From an uncultured delta proteobacterium (GTDB lineage: Bacteria; Desulfobacterota; Syntrophobacteria; Syntrophobacterales; Syntrophobacteraceae): DNA of 64,000 bases. A program made the position numbers and the translations under genes. This document shows, one piece after another, positions 50,646-62,142 of this stretch. Below the pieces are notes generated by a model. The model did no database searches. It was not told the DNA's origin and was given only the letters and a program-made list of their open reading frames with translations. The stretch is taken from assembly GCA_963808625.1 (NCBI GenBank), contig CAWEHK010000019.1, forward strand, positions 1 to 64,000. The letters are read 5' to 3'. How positions within the stretch are numbered: position 1 is the stretch's first letter; each line of letters starts with the position of its first letter.

Positions 50646-52140
50646 TCACTTCTTTGCCGCTTTCCTGGCTTCCAGCCAATCTTCAAGCTCCTTCAGAGTC
50701 TTGCTCAGGTGATAACGGCCATCGGCGAAAACTCCGTAGTCGCCACCCCCCGCCATTGCCGACGTGAAGCGGATGTTATTAGCGTGAAAGAGCCACATAT
50801 CGCTCCACAGTTTCTCGCTGAACTCATCAAAAGGATTCCCGCCCTTGTCGAGTCCGGCAGCCAGGCCGCGCTTCCAGATATCTTTCATGAGTTGGGTCCC
50901 GGCCAGCGTGGCCGCGTTGGTCTGTTCGATGGTGTTGAGAAAGCGCGACCAGTGGCCTTCCACCCAGGACTTGGCGTGACAGCGCTGACAACTGGCCTGC
51001 ATCAGTTGGGCGGCGGCCGTTCGGTCCTGGGGGTTGAGGAGGAAACTACTCGCGAAGCCACCCTCGAAATCGGTTGGCAGGGGCAGTCCGTCCTTGTTGC
51101 GGATTGCCGAGAGGTTAGCCTCCTTCGGATGAGGATGGGCATATATGAGCCCAAAGATACGCCAGGGCATTCGGTTCTTCACTTCATGAGTGCGCTCACT
51201 CACGACCTTGCCATCGCCGTCAACGAGAAGACTGATATGACAAGCGGCACAGGTCGGCGCCGTGAAGTCCTTGCCGATGCTCCAGGGTACATTCTTGAAA
51301 TTCCATTCCGCCTGCTTGGCGGAAAAAATATTGCCATGCTTGCTCGCTTCATAAATCTTGTTTGCCGGAGTATCCGGGCCCACGTGGCATTCCTTGCAGG
51401 TGTAGGGTTTACGCGCCATCTCGATGGAGAAATCATGTCTTGTGTGGCAGGCTGTGCACGATCCCCGAGTGCCATCCAGATTGATGCGCCCGACACCCTG
51501 GTTGGGCCACCCGGAAATGATCGGAAATTCCATCTCGCCCATCTCCGTTTCGCGCGATTTTGTGCCGGTTACTTCAAGCTTGGTGCCGTGGCAGTAGAGG
51601 CAGGATTCAGCCTCGGTAGCGGCGTTGGCGGGCTTGAGGACGATCTTCCCTTTCTCGAGCACCGGTGAGCCGTTGATCGAGAGCATGAGTTGCTGGTAGA
51701 GGCTGTTGTCAACCAGGTTGCCGTAGGCGTGAGCCATAAGGTTCTTGTCGAACTGCTGCGCCTCCTGGACGTGGCAGGTCGCGCAATCGGCGGGGCTCAC
51801 CACAATATGGATATCCTGACCGTTATGGTCGAAGGTGTCCTTGTGCTCCTTGGCGCGCAGAGTATGGCATTCGGCACAGCCGATCGAGACATTCTTCAGT
51901 TCGTCGGGAACGTCCTGGACGGAAATCTTGCGACTCAGGCCCTGAACGGCCAGGGCTGCGGCCGGCGTCGTCGCCGCATGCCGACTTTTTTTCCAGCTTT
52001 CAACATGCCCCGGATGGGTCGTTGCGTGACAGCCGAGACATTCCTCGGTGGCACTGCTGGGAGTGACTTCGCCGTCCAGCTCCCCTCATCCCCGCAAAGG
52101 TGGCAATCAAAAAAACAAGGGCAACTGCTACTCGCTTCAT
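50646..52140 (-). CDS. Periplasmic octaheme c-type cytochrome, HAO-like family (frameshift near 52075)
   Basis: Signal peptide MKRVAVALVFLIATFAG from ATG 52140; eight CxxCH motifs: CLGCH, CAECH, CATCH, CLYCH, CTACH, CKECH, CAACH, CQRCH; WPNQGVGRIN. Confidence 0.88.
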
Positions 52141-52321
52141 GGCTCGGTCAACCTCCTGACGTTTGCACAACTCATGACGGACCCTCTACGTTGTTGAAGA
52201 TGTATACTCCATGTTGGAGTCAGTTGTCCATCAGTGTTGTGGGGAGGGTGTAGTCAGAAGTGGGAGTTCGCCGTGGCTTCATGTGACCATTACCTGATTG
52301 CGAATGAGCCTGCATGGTTTC

Positions 52322-52397
52322 GGTGGGCGCAAAAAGACGCGCCCACCCTACGCCGTGGCCCAATTGTAGGGTGGGCACAGCTTTACCGTGCCCACCA
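52322..52397. repeat. GTAG-type REP doublet
   Basis: ggtgggcgcaaaaagacgcgcccaccctac ... gtagggtgggcacagctttaccgtgcccacc. Confidence 0.75.
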
Positions 52398-52754
52398 GGA
52401 CAGAAGACCCTGCCTTTCAGTAATTTCCAACTCCCACTTCTGTTCACACCCTTGTGGGGAAGCGGAAACAGGCGGTTTGCCACCCTTGGCCGGGGTCCCG
52501 TCAGTAATTCTCTTTCGCCATTCCCCGAAGAGAGCATATAAAGGGTGTTGTCAGGACCGGTCCCAACTCTCTCGGCGTGGCCGAGGGTCAACGGAAGTCC
52601 GGATGAGACTTAAATTCCTCTTTACAAATGAAACCAACGGAGAATACTGTTTGATGCTTCGAACAGGAAGGACCTCAGACTCCGGCGTGAAAGCCGGTTC
52701 CAGACAACGCGCAAGAGTTGAGCGGCAAGGTAGGGAAGGCATAGCGGAGGACTC

Positions 52755-53165
52755 ATGCAACCACTTTCCGGCGTTGGAACACTGTCTCCCTGGGAGCCGG
52801 GCATATTCTCCCTGACCGTCTACAGCATTCTCGTCCTGGTCTTTGTCGCATCCCAACTCTTTCTTGCGGCCTGGTTGGGGGAGAAGAAACCGGGCATCGA
52901 GAAAGCGAGACCCTATGAGTGCGGCGTCATCCCCACCGGCTCCGCCCGTCTGCGTTATCCCGTTCCTTTTTATCTGGTAGCCATTTTTTTCCTCATTTTT
53001 GACGTCGAGGGCGCTTATATTTTCACCTGGGCCGTTGTCTACCGGGACCTTGGCTGGTCGGGGTGGATGCAGATGTCCTTTTTTATCGTTTTGCTGCTCA
53101 TCGGGCTCGTTTATCTCTGGAAAAAGGGAGGGCTTGATTGGAGGCCGGCTTACAAAACAAAGTAA
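52755..53165 (+). CDS. nuoA: NADH-quinone oxidoreductase subunit A
   Basis: [37 protein letters not shown]. Confidence 0.95.
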   Translation: MQPLSGVGTLSPWEPGIFSLTVYSILVLVFVASQLFLAAWLGEKKPGIEKARPYECGVIPTGSARLRYPVPFYLVAIFFLIFDVEGAYIFTWAVVYRDLGWSGWMQMSFFIVLLLIGLVYLWKKGGLDWRPAYKTK

Positions 53166-55600
53166 GCGACCGCTTCCTTGGGGTTGCGGATCTCGTCATC
53201 AACTGGTCCCGCCAGTACAGCCTCTGGCCGCTGTTTTTCGGGCTCTCGTGCTGTTTTGTGGAAGAGGCGACGGCTTTCACCTCCCGCTACGATATGGCCC
53301 GGTTCGGCGCGGAAGTGCTGCGTCCTTCCCCGCGCCAGGCGGATCTCCTGATTACCTCCGGCACCATCTTCAAGAAGATTGCCCCGGTCGTCCTGCGCCT
53401 GTACGAACAGATGGCGGAACCCAAGTGGGTCATCTCCATGGGCTCCTGTTCCAACTGCGGCGGGATGTACGACGTCTACAGCGTAGTCCAGGGCATCGAC
53501 CAGATTCTGCCGGTGGATGTCTACATCCCGGGATGTCCGCCAAGGCCCGAGGCGGTGCTTCAGGGGCTGGTGCTGCTGCAGGAAAAGATTGTTGCCACGG
53601 AGCGGCCGGCGCGGTCGGTTTTTCATCTCGGGGAGGGCGCGCAGGGGAGCCAGCGACCCATCTTGATCGACGGTCTGACGAAATCGCGCGATCCGCGTGG
53701 TCCGGGCATGCAGGGGACCGTAATCCGGGGAACTTCGGCCGTACCACCCAAGTTCTGGGGCAGCCGCGCCGATGATATGTGGACCCCTCCCGCGCGCCGC
53801 ATCGAGTTGAACGCGCACGACCAGTCTCTGGCGGCAACGCTCGAGCAAAGGTTTGGCGACGCCGTCCGGCAGGTCCCCCACACTTCCGACATGCTGACGT
53901 TCGAGGTGGAGCAGAGCCGTGCCAAGGAGGTATTGCGCGTGTTGAAGGCGGAAGTCTCACCACGGTTTTTGCGCCTCGATGACCTGACCGCGATCGATGA
54001 GTCCGCCCGCCGGGACCGCATGCCGCCGAAGGAATTGGCCGAGGCATTGACGGATATCGGGGAGGGGGGCACCCGCAAGCGGGTGGAGCGCCAGGTGTAT
54101 CCGGACTTTACCCTTGTCTATCACCTCCTTTCTTTCGATGGGCCCGCTCGCCTCCGCCTGAAAGTGGGCCTGACGGGAGAAGATCCCGTTGCCGATTCGA
54201 TCACGGACATCTGGCCGTCCGCCAACTGGTATGAACGGGAAGTCTTCGACCTCTTCGGGATACGCTTCGAGGGCCATCCGAACCTGCGCCGCCTGATCAT
54301 GCCCCACGACTGGGACGGCCATCCCCTGCGCAAGAGCTATCCCGGCCGGGCTACCGCGATGCCTCCGTATACGCTCGACGACGCTCGGAAACACCAGCCG
54401 CTCGACGGCGGGGTTTACGCGAAGCAGGCCGCCGGCGAAGAACAGCTCGTCCTCAACATCGGCCCCTCCCATGTCAGCACCCATGGGTTGCTGCGCTACA
54501 TCGTCTCGCTCAACGGGGAAGACATCACCGATCTTAACCTCGATATCGGCTACCATCACCGGGGTGTCGAAAAAATCGGCGAGCGCCAGACCTGGCACCA
54601 GTTTATCCCATATTGCGCCCGAGTGGACTACCTGGCGGGCGCGGCGAACGACCTCCCTTACGTCCTGGCGGTGGAGACCCTGGCGGACATCAAAGTGCCG
54701 GAGCGGGCGCAGGTGATCCGCGTGCTGCTCTCCGAGCTCTTTCGCCTGAGCAACCATCTCGTCTGGTTTGCCACCTACGCTCATGATGTGGGGGCGATGA
54801 CGCCCAATTTCTACGCCTTCGCCGAGCGGGAAATGATTCTCGATATCGTTGAGCTCATCACCGGGGGCCGCCTGCATCCTTCCTGGTTCCGTCTGGGAGG
54901 CGTTGCCGCCGACTTGCCGGACGGCTGGAAAGAAGCGGTGGATGCGTTCGTCAAGATCTTCCCCGGGCGTCTTCAAGAATATGAAAATCTGATCAGGAAG
55001 AACCCCATCTTTAAGGCTCGAACCCAGGGGATCGGGCGTATTTCCCTTGAAGACGCCATGGACTGGGGTGTTACCGGCCCGAATTTGCGGGCGTGCGGGC
55101 TGGAATGGGACTTGCGCAAGAAGTTCCCCTACTCGGGTTACGAGAACTTCGAGTTCGATATCCCAACGGCCTACCGAGGGGGATTGCTACGCGCGCTATC
55201 TCGTGAGAGTCGAAGAAATGCGCCAGAGCCTGAGGATCATTGCACAGGCCGCCGCGAATATGCCGCCGGGCCGCCATGTGACCGACGATTACCGATACGT
55301 GATTCCGGAGCGCAAGGATATGCTCAAGCATATCGAAAGCCTCATCCATCATTTCATCAATGTGACGGGCGGGCCCAAAATTCCCCGAGGCGAGGCCTAT
55401 CGGTCGTGCGAAATCCCGCGCGGCGAGCAGGGTTACTACGTGGTCAGCGACGGCCTCGGCTACGCCTACCGCATGCGCATCCGCGGCCCCGGATTTGCCA
55501 ACGTGCAGGTCATGCCCCTGCTGGCAACGGGGGAGAGCATCGCCGACCTCATTGCGATCATCGGTCGGTTGACTATATCTTGCCGGATATCGATCGGTGA
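53138..55600 (+). CDS. nuoBCD: Fused NADH-quinone oxidoreductase subunits B/C/D (frameshifts near 55180 and 55570)
   Basis: Nuo[27 protein letters not shown]; Nuo[18 protein letters not shown]; Nuo[21 protein letters not shown]; ends PDIDR. Confidence 0.92.
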   Translation: MEAGLQNKVSDRFLGVADLVINWSRQYSLWPLFFGLSCCFVEEATAFTSRYDMARFGAEVLRPSPRQADLLITSGTIFKKIAPVVLRLYEQMAEPKWVISMGSCSNCGGMYDVYSVVQGIDQILPVDVYIPGCPPRPEAVLQGLVLLQEKIVATERPARSVFHLGEGAQGSQRPILIDGLTKSRDPRGPGMQGTVIRGTSAVPPKFWGSRADDMWTPPARRIELNAHDQSLAATLEQRFGDAVRQVPHTSDMLTFEVEQSRAKEVLRVLKAEVSPRFLRLDDLTAIDESARRDRMPPKELAEALTDIGEGGTRKRVERQVYPDFTLVYHLLSFDGPARLRLKVGLTGEDPVADSITDIWPSANWYEREVFDLFGIRFEGHPNLRRLIMPHDWDGHPLRKSYPGRATAMPPYTLDDARKHQPLDGGVYAKQAAGEEQLVLNIGPSHVSTHGLLRYIVSLNGEDITDLNLDIGYHHRGVEKIGERQTWHQFIPYCARVDYLAGAANDLPYVLAVETLADIKVPERAQVIRVLLSELFRLSNHLVWFATYAHDVGAMTPNFYAFAEREMILDIVELITGGRLHPSWFRLGGVAADLPDGWKEAVDAFVKIFPGRLQEYENLIRKNPIFKARTQGIGRISLEDAMDWGVTGPNLRACGLEWDLRKKFPYSGYENFEFDIPTAYRGGLLRALSRESRRNAPEPEDHCTGRREYAAGPPCDRRLPIRDSGAQGYAQAYRKPHPSFHQCDGRAQNSPRRGLSVVRNPARRAGLLRGQRRPRLRLPHAHPRPRICQRAGHAPAGNGGEHRRPHCDHRSVDYILPDIDR

Positions 55601-55667
55601 GCTCGTTTTTTTTGCCACGAATGAACACGAAGGAAGACGAAGACACACGAAGATACGGAAAGAAACC

Positions 55668-56654
55668 ATGTTGGCGTGGACCACAGGAATCCTCATACTG
55701 ATCGTTAAGCTGGGCATGGTGCTGGTGGTTTTGCTGCTTCTGGCGGCCTACCTGGTGTGGGTGGAGCGCAAATTCCTGGCCCGGCTGCAGATTCGCTATG
55801 GGCCCAATCGGGCAGGGAAATTCGGGTTGCTGCAGCCCATCGCGGATGTCGTCAAGATGCTTACCAAGGAAGACACGGTGCCGGATGGGGCCGAACGGCT
55901 GATTTTCATGCTCGCTCCTGCCGTCGTTGCGGCCACGGCCTTGTTGATGTTTGCCGTGATTCCCCTCGGTCCCGACCTGACCCTCTGGGGATTGAAGGTC
56001 CCCCTCGTGGTGACGGACCTCAACATCGGCCTGCTTTTCGTTTTCGCATTGTCGTCTTTGGGAGTCTATGGCGTCGCTCTCGGCGGTTGGGCCTCCAATT
56101 CCAAATACAGTCTGCTGGGGGGAATACGGGGAGCGGCTCAGATGATCAGCTATGAGCTTTCCCTGGGGCTCTCCCTGGTGCCGGTTGTCATGCTGGCCCG
56201 CTCCTTCAGCCTCGTGGATATCGTGCAGGCCCAGGAGCGGTATCCCTTCATCCTCGTTCAGCCGATCGCCTTTGTCATTTTCGTTGTCAGCGCCATGGCC
56301 GAGAGCAAGCGTATCCCGTTCGACCTCCCCGAGGCCGAGAATGAATTGGGTGCGGGCTTTCATACCGAGTACAGCGGCATGCGCTTCGGGCTTTTCTTCC
56401 TCGGGGAGTACGTCAACATGCTGGTTTTGGGGGGCATCGTCGCGGTGCTCTTCCTGGGAGGATGGCGCGGGCCGCTTCTGCCGCCCTTCGCGTGGCTTTT
56501 CATCAAGATCGCGGTCGTGGCACTGTTCATGATCTGGATGCGGGGGACGTTGCCCCGTCTTCGGTACGATCAATTGATGGCTTTGGGGTGGAAGGTATTG
56601 ATCCCGGTAGCCCTGGTTAACATTGTGGTGACGGGGGCAGTGACGTTGCTCTAG
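55668..56654 (+). CDS. nuoH: NADH-quinone oxidoreductase subunit H
   Basis: ERKFLARLQIRYGPN, GLLQPIAD, GWASNSKYSLLG, AQMISYE, PFDLPEAE, LPRLRYDQ. Confidence 0.95.
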   Translation: MLAWTTGILILIVKLGMVLVVLLLLAAYLVWVERKFLARLQIRYGPNRAGKFGLLQPIADVVKMLTKEDTVPDGAERLIFMLAPAVVAATALLMFAVIPLGPDLTLWGLKVPLVVTDLNIGLLFVFALSSLGVYGVALGGWASNSKYSLLGGIRGAAQMISYELSLGLSLVPVVMLARSFSLVDIVQAQERYPFILVQPIAFVIFVVSAMAESKRIPFDLPEAENELGAGFHTEYSGMRFGLFFLGEYVNMLVLGGIVAVLFLGGWRGPLLPPFAWLFIKIAVVALFMIWMRGTLPRLRYDQLMALGWKVLIPVALVNIVVTGAVTLL

Positions 56655-56727
56655 ACGCCTGAAACCCTGGCGGGTTGGAAAACCCGCCCTCCTTTGACAA
56701 GAAGACCGGAGCAGTGATCTTGCGCTA

Positions 56728-56916
56728 AGAGCGTGTCTAAAGAAAGTGAGGGTGCTTGTCGGATTTTCCGAATGAACCCCGCAACGTCATTCCCGCATGG
56801 TTTTAGCGGGAATCCAGATTCTCAAAGGCCTGGACCCCCGCCAAAGCTTGTCCCAGCAGGCTTTAGGCGGGGAGCATGCGGGGGTGACGCCAAGAAGGGC
56901 TTTTTGGACACGCTCT
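56728..56916. mobile_element. MITE with AGAGCGTGTC terminal IRs carrying a GTCATTCCCGC palindrome
   Basis: agagcgtgtc (56728) ... gacacgctct (56916); internal cgtcattcccgcatg...gcgggaatccag...gcatgcgggggtgacg. Confidence 0.7.
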
Positions 56917-56973
56917 GAAAGCTTGAAACCGAAAGCTGGGAATTATCCCATAAAGAGAGGAGAGCGCGAGGTT

Positions 56974-57511
56974 ATGGGAGCAGGCTGGGAAGCGATAAAG
57001 GCGCTGGCGTCCGGATTCGCCACCACATTCGAGCCATCTTTTTCGCAAGCCGATCACGGAGGAATACCCGGAGTTCAAACGCCCGTTGCCGGTTCGCACG
57101 CGCGCGGTGATCGTCCTGACGCGGGACCCCGATGGCGGCGAACGATGCGTGGCCTGCTACCTGTGCTCGGCCGTCTGCCCGGTGAGCTGCATCTCCATGC
57201 AATCGGCGGAAAGAGCAGACGGGCGTCGTTACGCTTCCTGGTTTCGCATCAATTTCGCGCGCTGCATTTACTGCGGCCTGTGTGAGGAGGCCTGCCCGAC
57301 CTCTGCGATCCAATTGACGCCCTATTTTGAAACCTGTAAGAGAAACATTTTGGACCTTGTTTACGAGAAGGAAGATCTCCTGGTGGATCACCAGGGGAAA
57401 GACAGAGAATACAACTTTTACCAATATGCGGGCGTGACCACCGCGGTGGGCGGCAAGGGTGAGCATATCCAGGAAGATGAACCGGTGAACCTCAGGACGA
57501 ATCTTCCCTGA
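56974..57511 (+). CDS. nuoI: NADH-quinone oxidoreductase subunit I (frameshift near 57030)
   Basis: CVACYLCSAVCP and CIYCGLCEEACP ferredoxin motifs; ATG 56974 after GAGGAG. Confidence 0.93.
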
Positions 57512-57701
57512 GTACAGAAAAGCAGTAGAAAGTGCCCATTATCCCCGGTCGTCATTCCCGCATGCTCCTGGCGGGAATCCAGCAATAGCGCCTGGGTGCT
57601 CGCCTTCGCGGGCATGACGACTGCAATTTGGAAGCTCATCTAGACGGTGTTTTACAAGGGTTTGCACCGATTAGTGACAACTTCGGCTCTACGGGTCTCC
57701 A

Positions 57702-58224
57702 ATGACATTGTATGCTCTAATCTTCTACATCGTGTCAGCGGTTACCGTGCTGGCAACCGCCGTGGCCGATCACCAGGCGCAATCTCGTGCATGCGGTGAT
57801 TTACCTGATTTTCTCCTACTTCGGCACCGCCATGCTTTTTTACCTCTTTGGGGCGCCCCTGCTGGCGGCTTTGGAGGTGATCATCTATGCGGGAGCCATC
57901 ATGGTCCTGTTTCTCTTCGTGCTCATGATGATCAGGATGGAGTCCTACCAGGAGGTCATGTTTCCACTGTGGCAGTGGCTTCCCGCCGCGGCCTTCGGGC
58001 GGATTTACCTGGTTGCTGGTTTTCGATCATGGTTTTCGGAACTCCGGGAACAGAGGTCCGCCTGCGATCTCGTGTTGGCCACCCCGCGGGATTTGCGCTG
58101 TATGTCTTCAAGGAACACTGGTTGTCCATCGAGATCGTCTCCCTGCTGCTGCTGGTCGCGCTCATCGGCGCCCTGCACCTGGGAAAGGGAAAAGCGAAAA
58201 ACCAGGCTCGAGGAGGAAGCATGA
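57702..58224 (+). CDS. nuoJ: NADH-quinone oxidoreductase subunit J (frameshifted)
   Basis: HAVIYLI, AALEVIIYAGAIMVLFLFV, EIVSLLLLVALIGA. Confidence 0.88.
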
Positions 58225-58527
58225 TCGTACCATTCAGCCATGTTCTGCGTTAGCCGGAATTCTTTTCGTGCTGGGCATGTTCTGCGCCGTGGCGCGCCGC
58301 AACCTGATCATGATCGTGCTGGGGGTGGAGATCATGTTGAACGCCGCGTCCATCGTCTTTGTGGGGGCCTCTGCGCTGGCACAGCCTCGAGGGCCAGACT
58401 TTCGTGCTGTTTATTCTGGCCATCGCCGCGACGGAGGTTTCTGTCGGGCTGGCCATCATCGTCTACGCGTTTCGGCGGACGGGTTCCTTTGACCCGGGAG
58501 CGTATAAGCGCGGTAGATGGGCTCTAA
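58221..58527 (+). CDS. nuoK: NADH-quinone oxidoreductase subunit K (frameshifted)
   Basis: RRNLIMIVLGVEIMLNA, GQTFVLFILAIAATEVSVGLAI. Confidence 0.88.
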
Positions 58528-58675
58528 GTATCCTTATATTTTCAAACCACGGAACACACGAAAAACACGGAAAAATCACTTTTTGTCTTTCGGGTGTTTC
58601 GAGTATTTCGTGGTGAAAGATGGTGACTTGTTTTTCGACAACCCCTAAGGTGTTAATAGATCTGCGAGGAGCAAG

Positions 58676-60585
58676 ATGACCACCGTTTTAACTGAAGATG
58701 CGACCCTGTTCGGCGGTCACTTGTCGACCCTGTTGCCCTTCGCTGCTTTCGTCCTGATCATGATTTTGCCACGAGTCCAGGCCGCGGCTTTCCGCCGCGC
58801 TCTCCCTCGGGGCCGTTGCGGTATCCTCTTGGCTGCGCCCTGTTTCTCCTGATCAGCCACTGGGGAATGAAGCAACCGATTCAGCACACGGTTCCTGGCT
58901 CGATTCGAGCAACATCCAGGTCCCGCTGGGTTATCTGCTGGATCCGGTCAGCCTGCTGATGCTTACCGTGGTGCGTTGATCAGCCTCCTGATCCAGGTTT
59001 ATTCCTTGGGTTATATGGCTGGGGATCCCGGTTTTTCGCGCTATTACGCGCTCATGTCCCTCTTTGTCTGGGCGATGATGTGTCTGGCGGTTGCTCCCAC
59101 GATGTTCCAGCTCTACATCTTCTGGGAACTGGTCGGATTGTCGTCCTACTTTCTGATCGGTTTCTGGTACGAAAAATTCAGTGCCAGCCAGGCCGGTAAG
59201 AAAGCCTTTGTCATGACGCGGGCAGGGGATGTGGCCTTCTTTATCGGATCCTCGTGGTTTTGATGCATCTCGGCAATCTCAATATTCTGGACATGGACAG
59301 CCCCGAAATTGCCGCGCGCATGTCCCCGACCCTGCTCAATGTTTCTGCCCTGCTCATTTTTGGGGGCATCATCGGCAAGAGCGCACAGTTTCCGCTGATG
59401 ACCTGGCTGCCTGACGCCATGGAGGGGCCTACGCCGGTGAGCGCCCTGCTCCATTCCTCGACCATGGTTGCCGCCGGGGTTTACCTGTTCGAGCGTCTTT
59501 TCCCCTTTTTCAATCTGTCTCCCGTCGCCACCACCTTTGCTTTGTATCGGCGCGATCAGCATGCTCATGTCTTCCACCATGGCCATGGTCAGTCGCGATA
59601 TCAAGAAGATCCTGGCCTATTCCACCATCAGTCAGCTTGGTTTCATGATCATGGGACTGGATGCCGGCGATTTTTTCTCGGGCGCTTTTCACCTGACCAC
59701 CCATGCGGGTTTCAAGGCACTGCTGTTCCTTTGCTCCGGCGTATTCATTCACCACTATGCCACGAACGATATCTTCGAACTGGGTGAACAGGGCTGCCGC
59801 GGACTGAGAGCTCCGATGGCCTGCATGGTCATCGCCGCCGGTGCCCTCGCCGGATTGCCGCCCCTTTCAGGATTTTTCAGCAAGGAGGCAATCCTCGCGG
59901 GGTTGGCCCAACTCTCCAATCCCATCTGGCTCGGGGCGGGTCTCCTGGGGGTCTTCCTGACTGCCTATTATGCTTTCCGCATGATCTTCATTCTTCTCTT
60001 GCCACCGGATGTCCAAAAGGCCCATGAGGAGAACTCCGGCGATTCCGCTTCGGATCGCCATGCCGGCCGTCACCAGGGAGCTTACCGGGTAATGGTCTGG
60101 CCGTTGCTTATTCTGGCGGGTATTACGGTGCTCCTGGGATTTCTCCAGCACCCTCTGGAACAATTCCTTGCGACCGACCTTACCGCTGCTCCGCTATCCG
60201 GAGCACGGCACTACGCCTGGCTTCCCTATATTGCGCTCATGTTATCGCTCGGGGGAGTGGCCTTGGCCTGGATCGAGTTTGGTCGACGCAGGCCCGGCGG
60301 GTTGGATTCGTGGAGCGGGTGCCGTTTTTATACAAGCTCTTTGCCGAGCGCTGGTACCTCGACGATTTGTACCGCTTGCTTGTGGACCGGCTCATCGACA
60401 GAGGCATTTCCAGACTCTTTTTTGAAAATGACAACAGGGTGATTGACGGCGGCATCGACGAAATGTGCAAAGGCACGGTTGAAAGCGGCCGCTTCGTGGC
60501 CCTCCTGCATCCGGGCATGATTCAGCACCGTTTGCTGATGACGCTTTGCGGTCATGGTGTTGCTGTCGCTTTACTTTTCTTTTAG
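58676..60585 (+). CDS. nuoL: NADH-quinone oxidoreductase subunit L (several frameshifts)
   Basis: [78 protein letters not shown]. Confidence 0.92.
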
Positions 60586-60658
60586 GACCGTGATCACGTG
60601 ACCACTAACCACTAGTCACTAGTCACCAGTCACTGAACCAGCTAACAGGGTTTTACCG

Positions 60659-62142
60659 ATGCCCATGAGCCTATGCCGGTTTTCCATACCTTTCCGCCAT
60701 TCTGCTGAGCTGCGTGGTGGGCCTGCTGGCAATCATGGCCATCCCCGAAGAGCGCAAAACCTGCTCAGATGGGTGAGCGCAGTCTTCTCCGGGATCACCC
60801 TGGTTTTGTCCGCGTACCTCTTCTTCGCCTACGACAAGGGCCAGGGCGGGCTCCAATTCGTGGAGAAAGTTTCGTGGGTCCCGTCTCTCGGCATCTCACT
60901 ATTTCAACGCTGCCGACGGCTTCAATCTGCCCAATGCTCCTGCTTACCGGCATCGTGTTCTTCACCGGTGTCCTCACCATGTGGGAGCTCGAGGTGCGGG
61001 TAAAAGAATTCTATGCCCATTATTTTCTCCTGGTGGCCGCTGTTTTCGGGCTCTTTATGAGCATGGATCTCTTCTTCATCTTCGTCTGGTACGATGTTTC
61101 CCTTTTCCCCATGTATCTGCTGATCGCCGTCTGGGGCCATACCCGCAAGGAATATGGCGCCATGAAGCTGACCCTCTACCTGCTGGCGGGGAGTGCGCTG
61201 ATTCTGCCGGCCATCGTCTATCTTTTTACGAAGTCGGGCCTGCATACCTTCGATCTCCTGTCCCTCATGCAACCCGGGGTCTTCACCGCCGCCCAGCAGA
61301 AGTTCGCTTTTCTGCTGCTCTATTTGGGCTTCGGCATTTTGGCCGGCGTGTGGCCGTTCCACACCTGGTCGCCGGTGGGCCATGTGGCGGCGCCGACGGG
61401 GGTGAGCATGGTTCACGCCGGCGTCCTCATGAAGATGGGTGCCTTCGGTGTGCTGCGCGTGGCCATCTTCCTCTGCCCGGAGGGTTGGAAGTACTTCGGG
61501 CAACTCATGGGGCTGCTGGCCGCAGTGGGCATCATCTACGGCGCACTCGTGGGTCTGCGGCAGACCGATCTCAAATACGTCATCGGGTATTCGAGCGTGT
61601 CGCACATGGGCGTCGTCGGCCTGGGACTGTCGACCGTCTCGGTGCAGGGACTCAACGGAGCCGTATTCCAGATGTTTACCCACGGCGTCATGACGGCCTT
61701 GCTCTTTTCTTCGGTGGGCTACATTTATGACCGCACCCATACGAAAATGATCGATGAGCTTGGCGGGTTGAGCCGAATCATGCCGGTCGCCTCGGCCTAT
61801 TTCATTGTCGCGGCCCTGGCGGGCATGGGCGTCCCGGGCCTGGCAAATTTCTGGGGGGAGCTGCTGGTCTTCATTGCGGCGTTCAAAGTCTATCCGGTGC
61901 GGGCCGTTGTGGCGGTGCTTGCCCTGCTGGTCACGGCGCTCTTCATGCTTCGGGTCGTGCAGCGGACCTTTTATGGCCCCCGGAACGAACGGTACGCGCA
62001 GCTTCCCGACGTCACGTTTGGTGAGGGCATTCCCCGCATGATCCTCGCTGCGGTCCTGGTGCTGTTTGGCCTCTGGCCATCGCTCCTCCTTGACGTGATC
62101 CAGGCCGCTTCGATTCCTTTCATGAGTGGATTGCCAAGATGA
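60659..62142 (+). CDS. nuoM: NADH-quinone oxidoreductase subunit M (frameshifts near the 5' end)
   Basis: PMYLLIAVWG, WPFHTWSP, AGVLMKMG, IGYSSVSHMG, GAVFQMFTHG, YDRTHT, MGVPG. Confidence 0.92.

Noticed and set aside
54440..55600. NuoD-like region as a group 4 [NiFe]-hydrogenase large subunit
   Set aside because: It lacks both CxxC nickel-binding motifs (RVDYL and PDIDR instead), and no maturation genes are nearby.
55047..56654. 535-aa ORF as a NuoD-NuoH fusion
   Set aside because: Frameshift artefact: NuoD ends at PDIDR (55600) and nuoH starts at 55668.
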